From positions 128,001-139,181 of the IMG/VR virus record IMGVR_UViG_3300045988_085326: a DNA stretch of 11,181 nucleotides; one strand, written 5' to 3'. Source of the DNA: a virus. Positions 6,858-11,181 of this stretch are shown here, in pieces. The position numbers and the translations under genes were made by a program. Under the pieces are notes generated by a model. It saw nothing but the letters and a program-made list of their open reading frames with translations. It was not told the DNA's origin and searched no databases. Numbering within the stretch: the first letter of the stretch is position 1; each line of letters starts with the position of its first letter.

Positions 6858-7121
6858 AGAGTTTAAGCTAGAAAAACTTAGGTTTTAGAGATTGCGGAAC
6901 GTGTGTTTCCTCACTTAGTTGACCTGTTAGAAATTGAAAAACTTAAAGATGTCTGCATACGTCGCGAAAGGTTGGTTTTCGAAATGCGTGAAAAAAACAA
7001 AAACAAGTAACTTAGGTACCAAGTTGCGAATCCTGTCAGGCTATGAGAACAGTTGTGAATGGCTGCAAAGAAAAAGCACAATGGGATATGAAGAAAAATA
7101 AAACTGGGAATATTCTTCAAA

Positions 7122-7150
7122 TTGATTTTTTAAAAAAATTATGATATAAT
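7122..7150 (+). promoter_or_regulatory. sigma70-like promoter copy 8 (TTGATT-17-TGaTATAAT)
   Basis: aaTTGATTttttaaaaaaattaTGaTATAATatttatataagataaagatag. Confidence 0.75.
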
Positions 7151-7168
7151 ATTTATATAAGATAAAGA

Positions 7169-7241
7169 TAGTTATTCAGTTGGTGAGCGGCTGATGCTTC
7201 AATTAGCCATCAGCCGAGAGGTTCAATTCTTTAATAACTAC
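7169..7241 (+). ncRNA. non-canonical tRNA-like element at the 5' end of the promoter-8 transcript (8-bp acceptor-like stem, 8-bp internal stem with 11-nt loop containing UCA)
   Basis: tagttatt (7169-7176) pairs with aataacta (7233-7240). ggctgatg-cttcaattagc-catcagcc spans 7189-7215. D-loop-like cagttggtgagc and T-loop-like gg-ttcaatt-c are present, but no canonical D- or T-stem. Confidence 0.3.
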
Positions 7242-7300
7242 TATGGTTTGGCGGTGATGTTCGTCCTCAAACATAAAACCGATGCTACCGCGGCGGATAT

Positions 7301-7374
7301 CGCTCCTTCGTCTAAATGGTAAGGATAGAAGCCTCTCAAGCTTCAGATGCTGAGTTCGAGTCTCGCAGGAGTGA
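7301..7374 (+). tRNA. tRNA-Glu(CTC)
   Basis: Acceptor cgctcct/aggagtg (G2·U71). Glu-type D-arm tc-gtc-taaatggtaag-gat. Anticodon arm gaagc-cTCTCaa-gcttc. T-arm ctgag-ttcgagt-ctcgc (one mismatch). Confidence 0.65.
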
Positions 7375-7444
7375 TTTGTTTTTCTAATTTTTTGTAACCT
7401 CTCTTAATAAGGATTGCGGTTATCCCTTCTAATTAGCCGCCTGA

Positions 7445-7518
7445 CGCCCCATCGTCTAACTGGTCTAGGATATCAGCCTTTCACGCTGGAGATACGGGTT
7501 CGAGTCCCGTTGGGGTGA
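7445..7518 (+). tRNA. tRNA-Glu(TTC)
   Basis: Acceptor cgcccca/tggggtg. D-arm tc-gtc-taactggtctag-gat. Anticodon arm tcagc-cTTTCac-gctgg (the classic CTTTCAC Glu loop). T-arm acggg-ttcgagt-cccgt. Confidence 0.85.
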
Positions 7519-7703
7519 TTTTCTGTAAAGCTACTTAAAGATTTTGTATAGTTGCTAGTGACTTGCTAAACATAAGTAGATAAATCAGAATGACTGTTTT
7601 GCGGCTGCTAGAAAACCGTTTTCTCAATAGGAGGAAAAGCGAGGATAAAATCTCCTATTCTTAGATGAGAGGAAAATGCTAAGCATGTGGCTGCGTTAAT
7701 AGC

Positions 7704-7729
7704 TACTAGAGAGTCATGAATCTCTAGTA
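7704..7729 (+). other. hairpin tactagaga-gtcatgaa-tctctagta (9-bp stem) 7 nt upstream of the tRNA at 7737
   Basis: Perfect inverted repeat. One of several hairpins placed immediately 5' of tRNA genes here. Confidence 0.5.
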
Positions 7730-7736
7730 AAATATC

Positions 7737-7806
7737 GCGGGGTAGAGGAGTGGTTCCTTGCTAGCCTCATACGCTAGAGACGTGGGTTCGAATCCCACCC
7801 ACCGCA
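7737..7806 (+). tRNA. tRNA with anticodon CAT (Met/fMet-like; 5' CGCGGGG motif), imperfect acceptor stem
   Basis: D-arm gagg-agtggtt-cctt. Anticodon arm ctagc-cTCATac-gctag. T-arm gtggg-ttcgaat-cccac. Acceptor gcggggt vs ccaccgc pairs only 5/7; the boundaries are uncertain. Confidence 0.55.
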
Positions 7807-8296
7807 ATCAGAAGTTGACGGATGTAGAGGTTCTGCAGAACGCTTTACATGAAGGCTTCAGAAGTTGCTCAACTTATGAATGAGATACCTTTGGCAGAAG
7901 TTAAAGGGTAACTGCTTCCAGCGGCGGGATAGAGTCGCACTGACATTACTCTTTCGAGGGAGGAGAAAGAGGGCTTGAGCCAGAGCGCATAAACCAAGTG
8001 CCTAAATCTTGGAGCGATAGATACTGGTGCTGTCGCCAACATAAAGTTGTTTATTTCGTTCCATAAAGCGGATTAGTGTAAAATGGTAATTAGCACGATT
8101 GCCTTATAAAGCAATAAACGAAGGTGTACCAATCCTTCATCCGCAGGTATGTAGGAGATATATCGTAGGTTTTACATCTTGTTTGTCCTGTAAGTCGGTA
8201 ACTTAGTTATTTGGTTTCAAAAAACAAGATTATTTTTTCCCCTCTTTCTGCGGAGGCTATATGGTGTAAAAATAACAGCATACCGCTTAAAATATC
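7807..8296 (+). other. ~490-nt non-coding block, GC-richer than its surroundings, with CAGAAGTT x3 direct repeats (7809, 7859, 7895), a 10-nt palindrome TTCTGCAGAA (7830-7839) and several hairpins
   Basis: No ORF over 20 codons in any frame. Bounded by the CAT tRNA and promoter copy 9. Confidence 0.4.
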
Positions 8297-8300
8297 TTAA

Positions 8301-8329
8301 TTGATTTTTAATAAAAATTTTGATATAAT
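8301..8329 (+). promoter_or_regulatory. sigma70-like promoter copy 9 (TTGATT-17-TGaTATAAT)
   Basis: aaTTGATTtttaataaaaatttTGaTATAATatttatataaagaaagag. Confidence 0.75.
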
Positions 8330-8357
8330 ATTTATATAAAGAAAGAGAAAAATATAA

Positions 8358-8429
8358 GCCGATGTAGCTCAGTGATAGAGCAGGCGTTTCATAGGCGCAA
8401 GGTCGTTGGTTCGAATCTAACCATCGGTA
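8358..8429 (+). tRNA. tRNA anticodon CAT (elongator Met or lysidine-modified Ile2 type)
   Basis: Acceptor gccgatg/catcggt (G1·U72). D-arm gctc-agtgata-gagc. gagcaggcg..tcata..gcgcaaggtcg resembles Ile2/Met tRNAs. T-arm gttgg-ttcgaat-ctaac. Confidence 0.7.
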
Positions 8430-8430
8430 T

Positions 8431-8474
8431 TAATCGTCACGCGGAGGTCGCGTCTCTAGCCACGATTACGTTTT
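8431..8474 (+). terminator. branched hairpin (taatcgt..acgatta outer stem, acgcg-gaggt-cgcgt inner hairpin) followed by CGTTTT; putative terminator after the tRNA
   Basis: Inverted repeats 8431-8437/8462-8468 and 8439-8443/8449-8453; T-run at 8471-8474. Confidence 0.4.
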
Positions 8475-8642
8475 CACTATTTAGAATGTCAAATAAATAG
8501 GAGACTGAAGTATAAGGTCTAAGTAAGTTAAGTATAAATGACAGTTTATTAAGACTTACTAAATAAGTTGAGTTCTTTAACGCTCCGGCGGGTTTTACGT
8601 AGAGCCGATAGAAAAAAGTCCGTAAATCTTTTCCAATTATTT

Positions 8643-8725
8643 GGGCAGTTATACCGTAAGTGGTAGCGGGGCTGACTGTAAATCAGCTGCTTTTGGCTCG
8701 GGTGGTTCGACTCCATCACTGCCCA
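8643..8725 (+). tRNA. tRNA-Tyr(GTA), type II
   Basis: Acceptor gggcagt/actgccc. Anticodon arm gctga-cTGTAaa-tcagc. Long variable arm. T-arm ggtgg-ttcgact-ccatc. Confidence 0.85.
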
Positions 8726-8845
8726 CTTGACCGACAAGGTCATTATAGGTTGTACAATCTACTCACTGAACTGACATACTTCATGGGATGCTGATAAAGT
8801 GTATGTCCGAAGATACATGACCTTCGTTAAAAAGGTGTCCCGCGA

Positions 8846-8874
8846 CTCTCGACGGAAGTTCGCAATATCGAGAG
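8846..8874 (+). other. hairpin ctctcga-(15 nt)-tcgagag, 6 nt upstream of tRNA-Leu
   Basis: 7-bp perfect inverted repeat directly 5' of the tRNA at 8881. Confidence 0.4.
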
Positions 8875-8880
8875 AATTAT

Positions 8881-8963
8881 GGGGATATGGCGGAATTGGC
8901 AGACGCATGGGACTTAAAATCCCAAGTCCTCGAGACGTGTGGGTTCGAATCCCACTATCCCTA
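8881..8963 (+). tRNA. tRNA-Leu(TAA), type II, uninterrupted
   Basis: Acceptor ggggata/tatccct (G1·U72). D-arm gcg-gaattggcaga-cgc. Anticodon arm tggga-cTTAAaa-tccca. Long variable arm. T-arm gtggg-ttcgaat-cccac. Discriminator A. Confidence 0.85.
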
Positions 8964-9191
8964 CTTGCTATACATTTAGTTCGCGATAAATGTTAGCAAC
9001 TATGCTCATGAGTTAGTCCTCCAGTAGTTTGAGGGGTGCGTACTAAAACAAATGGAAACCGCGCAGTAAGGCATATACAGCAAATATTCAATAAAGATAA
9101 TCTATTAACCAAGAAGAAAATAGAACAACAAATAGTAAATAACTTTCCCTCCAGTTATAACTATTTCATTGAATGAGTGCCTTGTAAATTT

Positions 9192-9264
9192 AGTCAAGTG
9201 ATGGAATGGCATACATACGAAGCTCAAACCTTCGGTTTTGTGAGTTCGACTCCCACCTTGACTA
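9192..9264 (+). tRNA. class-I (short variable arm) tRNA with Leu anticodon CAA and Leu-type D-arm; 73 nt
   Basis: Acceptor agtcaag/cttgact (perfect). D-arm atg-gaatggcata-cat. Anticodon arm cgaag-cTCAAac-cttcg. Variable loop gtttt (5 nt). T-arm gtgag-ttcgact-cccac. Discriminator A. Confidence 0.7.
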
Positions 9265-9494
9265 CTAAAACCTTCGTTAAAAATACTCAATTATAGACGA
9301 ACTTGTGAATAGTAAGGTAGGACCCCTGTTAGGTTAAGTCTCTGAAAGTAACATTAAGTAGTCTTACGGTAGTCCAAAGTGGGAGAGGTAAGTTCAGCGT
9401 AATGAGTATACGAGACTTACATAGTTACCGCCGCGGCAGTTGGTTTCTGCGAAGGTCACCAACAAAAAGTATTTCTAATGTATTCATACAATTT

Positions 9495-9510
9495 GTCCTC
9501 TTATGAGGAC
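9495..9510 (+). other. hairpin gtcctc-TTAT-gaggac, 3 nt upstream of the tRNA at 9514
   Basis: 6-bp perfect stem with tetraloop. Confidence 0.5.
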
Positions 9511-9513
9511 TAT

Positions 9514-9586
9514 GGGCGGGTGACGGAATGGCATACGTGCTGGTCTTAGAAACCAGATTTTGTGGGTTCGACTCCCACCTCGCCTA
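9514..9586 (+). tRNA. class-I (short variable arm) tRNA with Leu anticodon TAG and Leu-type D-arm; 73 nt
   Basis: Acceptor gggcggg/ctcgcct (two G·U). D-arm acg-gaatggcata-cgt. Anticodon arm ctggt-cTTAGaa-accag. Variable atttt. T-arm gtggg-ttcgact-cccac. Discriminator A. Confidence 0.7.
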
Positions 9587-9753
9587 CTCTGTTAGGGTTT
9601 GGAATCCCTTTAACTCAACCGAGGCAGAACTAGAAGAAACCTTGCAAGGATATATAAATTATTTTATTAAACTTATTTTATGAAATGGGTCGCCGTATTA
9701 ATATTATAGCATATAAAATTTAGAAGACAACGGCGACAAAAAGATTAATTATT

Positions 9754-9829
9754 CGCAGTATAGCTCAATCAGGTAGAGCGCTCCCATTGTGGAGGGAGAG
9801 GCTATGAGGTTCAAATCCCATTGCTGCAA
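9754..9829 (+). tRNA. degenerate tRNA-like gene (good D-arm and T-loop, no clean anticodon arm or T-stem); possible pseudo-tRNA
   Basis: tagctcaatcaggtagagc D-arm and ggttcaaatcc T-loop. Acceptor cgcagta/tgctgca carries a C1·A72 mismatch. The middle (ctccc-attgtgga-gggag) gives an 8-nt loop, and the T-stem tgagg/cccat does not pair. Confidence 0.35.
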
Positions 9830-9964
9830 TTTGACGAACGGTAGGCTGCGGGTCCTGAGTCTTAGACCAAGACCTCGTCCTAGGAAGCGGCGTTCCTACT
9901 AGTCATTATCATAAAAGATATTCCTTTCAAAGTATTTTCCATGCGGAGATTATCTTCGCAATTT

Positions 9965-10036
9965 GGCTCGGTAGCTCAGCGGTAGAACACCTGGTTGAAG
10001 CCCAGGGTGTCGGAGTCTCGGAATCTCCCCGAGCCA
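9965..10036 (+). tRNA. tRNA-Phe(GAA)-like with atypical T-arm
   Basis: Acceptor ggctcgg/ccgagcc perfect. Anticodon arm cctgg-tTGAAgc-ccagg. Variable gtgtc as in bacterial tRNA-Phe. T-region ggagt-ctcggaa-tctcc lacks the TTC motif. D-stem has one mismatch. Confidence 0.55.
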
Positions 10037-10253
10037 TTATAGAACGGACAATCAAAAGAATGAAATCTATTGTTCGTCTAAGAAAGAAGACCAACATCTG
10101 GACAAAAGTGAAAACAAAACCAGTGCGGCAGGCTCTGAATCTCACAAGGAGCCTTATATGGGCGTCAAGTATTCGAGATGGGAAACGCTTCGTATCAAAT
10201 ATGATACATAATGAAGAGAGCAAGGTTCAACGCCTTGGGTGTCCACTAATATG

Positions 10254-10343
10254 GAGTCGTAAGCCTAATTTGGTAAGGCAGGAGATTGCTAATCTCTGAG
10301 TAGTCGTTTCGGCGGTGTGGTGGTTCGAGTCCACTCGGCTTCG
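10254..10343 (+). tRNA. tRNA-Ser(GCT)-like, type II, with a poorly pairing acceptor stem; possibly degenerate
   Basis: D-arm gcct-aatttggta-aggc. Anticodon arm ggaga-tTGCTaa-tctct. 21-nt variable arm. T-arm ggtgg-ttcgagt-ccact. The 3' strand cggcttc pairs with cg(t)aagcc only if a bulge is allowed. Confidence 0.45.
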
Positions 10344-10619
10344 CTAAGATACATTAACAGCAATCTTATATTATTGAGTAAATACTATAATACTGCAAGT
10401 TTACAAGCTGGTTTCTGTGAAATATCTTTTCCGAAGTCATCAAAAAGAAAATATGTATCTTGTTTAAACCTGTTTCTTTTAGCACACTATCTTCACAGGT
10501 GTAGTTAGTAAGAAGGCTAATACCCAGGGTTAATGGTTAAAATTCTACCCATAATGACAGTAAAAACGAACGACATGGTATAAGTCCAAAATGTTAGGTG
10601 GTATTCTGTCTTTAAATTT

Positions 10620-10704
10620 GGCGTCGTACCTTAGTGGGGAGGAGGTCTGGTCTTGAAAACCAGAGTCCCGAAAGGGTCTGCAGGTTCGAATCCTGCCGGC
10701 GTCG
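10620..10704 (+). tRNA. tRNA-Ser(TGA), type II
   Basis: Acceptor ggcgtcg/cggcgtc (two G·U). Anticodon arm ctggt-cTTGAaa-accag. Variable arm with ccc-GAAA-ggg hairpin. T-arm gcagg-ttcgaat-cctgc. Discriminator G. Confidence 0.8.
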
Positions 10705-10721
10705 TTTTAAAAGGAGGTAAT

Positions 10722-11135
10722 ATGGCACTTCACAATAGAAGATATTATCGTATCCAAAGACAAAAGCACATCAATCGAAAGAAAAGAATTATTAAAGAAC
10801 AAAATAATTATTGGCACTATGAACATGAAGGTGTTCTTAATAAAGGAAAAATTCATTGCGGTTGTGGAATGTGTAGAAGCAAAACTAATAATAAAGGTAA
10901 ACACCGTTTAATACATGGAAATTATGCTCCTTCAAAAAATTGGAAACATTCTGATAAACAAAAGATAGAAAGTATGAACACGGCAATCGCTGATTATGAG
11001 CGCGAGATAACTGAAATTGAAGCGCTTGGAGCCTACTTTCCGCGACAGTTCAATGCTTTTGAATATTATGATGATGCGAATTGGGCATATGAAAATGAAC
11101 TTCTTGAAAAAATGATTGCAGATTTACCTGATTAA
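10722..11135 (+). CDS. hypothetical basic protein, 137 aa (Arg/Lys/Tyr/Trp-rich N-terminus, HCGCGMC motif, acidic C-terminus)
   Basis: Perfect RBS aaggagg 5 nt before ATG 10722. The track's ATG 10653 lies inside tRNA-Ser. Composition resembles CDS 3880..4473 and the split ORF at 4501. Confidence 0.65.
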   Translation: MALHNRRYYRIQRQKHINRKKRIIKEQNNYWHYEHEGVLNKGKIHCGCGMCRSKTNNKGKHRLIHGNYAPSKNWKHSDKQKIESMNTAIADYEREITEIEALGAYFPRQFNAFEYYDDANWAYENELLEKMIADLPD

Positions 11136-11164
11136 TTGATTTTTAATAAAAATTATTATATAAT
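11136..11164 (+). promoter_or_regulatory. sigma70-like promoter copy 10 (TTGATT-17-TATAAT)
   Basis: aaTTGATTtttaataaaaattattaTATAATatttatataagaaataa at the window edge. Confidence 0.7.
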
Positions 11165-11181
11165 ATTTATATAAGAAATAA

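Noticed and set aside
7169-7520. tmRNA spanning the promoter-8 transcript
   Set aside because: The region resolves into separate ~73-nt units, each with its own acceptor pairing. No tag-peptide ORF ending in ...AA-stop and no single tRNA-Ala-like terminal domain.
10060-10299. 79-aa + strand ORF (and minus/plus ORFs 8549..8743, 8799..8996, 9105..9290, 9927..10223, 10317..10508, 6911..7120, 391..654, 1615..1830, 3230..3412, 10707..10904)
   Set aside because: They overlap tRNA genes or are antisense to better-supported CDSs. They have no RBS and low-complexity translations. All supported genes in the window are on the + strand.
1-11181. CRISPR array or IS/transposon
   Set aside because: No regularly spaced identical repeats with unique spacers. 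No terminal inverted repeats flanking a transposase-like ORF. The only high-copy repeat is the promoter cassette.

Overview
AT-rich, phage-like segment with every call on the + strand. A 47-nt sigma70-type promoter cassette (TTGATT -35, 17-nt spacer, TGnTATAAT extended -10, conserved ATTTATATAAGAAA start region) recurs 10 times and splits the window into short transcription units. Units 1-2 (1-6300) carry small hypothetical proteins, a HExxH metallopeptidase-like protein, a secreted SH3b + SleB-type cell-wall hydrolase (likely endolysin), several small Y/W/R/K-rich basic proteins, and an embedded tRNA triplet. Units 3-4 (6300-10710) form a dense tRNA island of about 15 tRNA or tRNA-like genes plus two unexplained non-coding stretches. 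The unusual signals are all RNA-level. Two tRNA genes (including a tRNA-Leu-UAA) have 41-48-nt insertions in the anticodon arm, each holding a 6-bp tetraloop hairpin. Two well-formed 73-nt class-I tRNAs carry Leu anticodons (CAA, UAG) and a Leu-type D-arm but lack the long variable arm. There is also a non-canonical tRNA-like element containing UCA and several degenerate tRNA-like genes. Tight hairpins sit immediately 5' of many of the tRNAs. An RBS-led ORF is interrupted by an in-frame TAG whose readthrough product resembles the neighbouring proteins. A ~490-nt non-coding block carries a CAGAAGTT x3 repeat. All coordinates and identities were derived by eye from the sequence. No tRNAscan-SE/ARAGORN or BLAST run was possible, so tRNA boundaries may be off by 1-2 nt.
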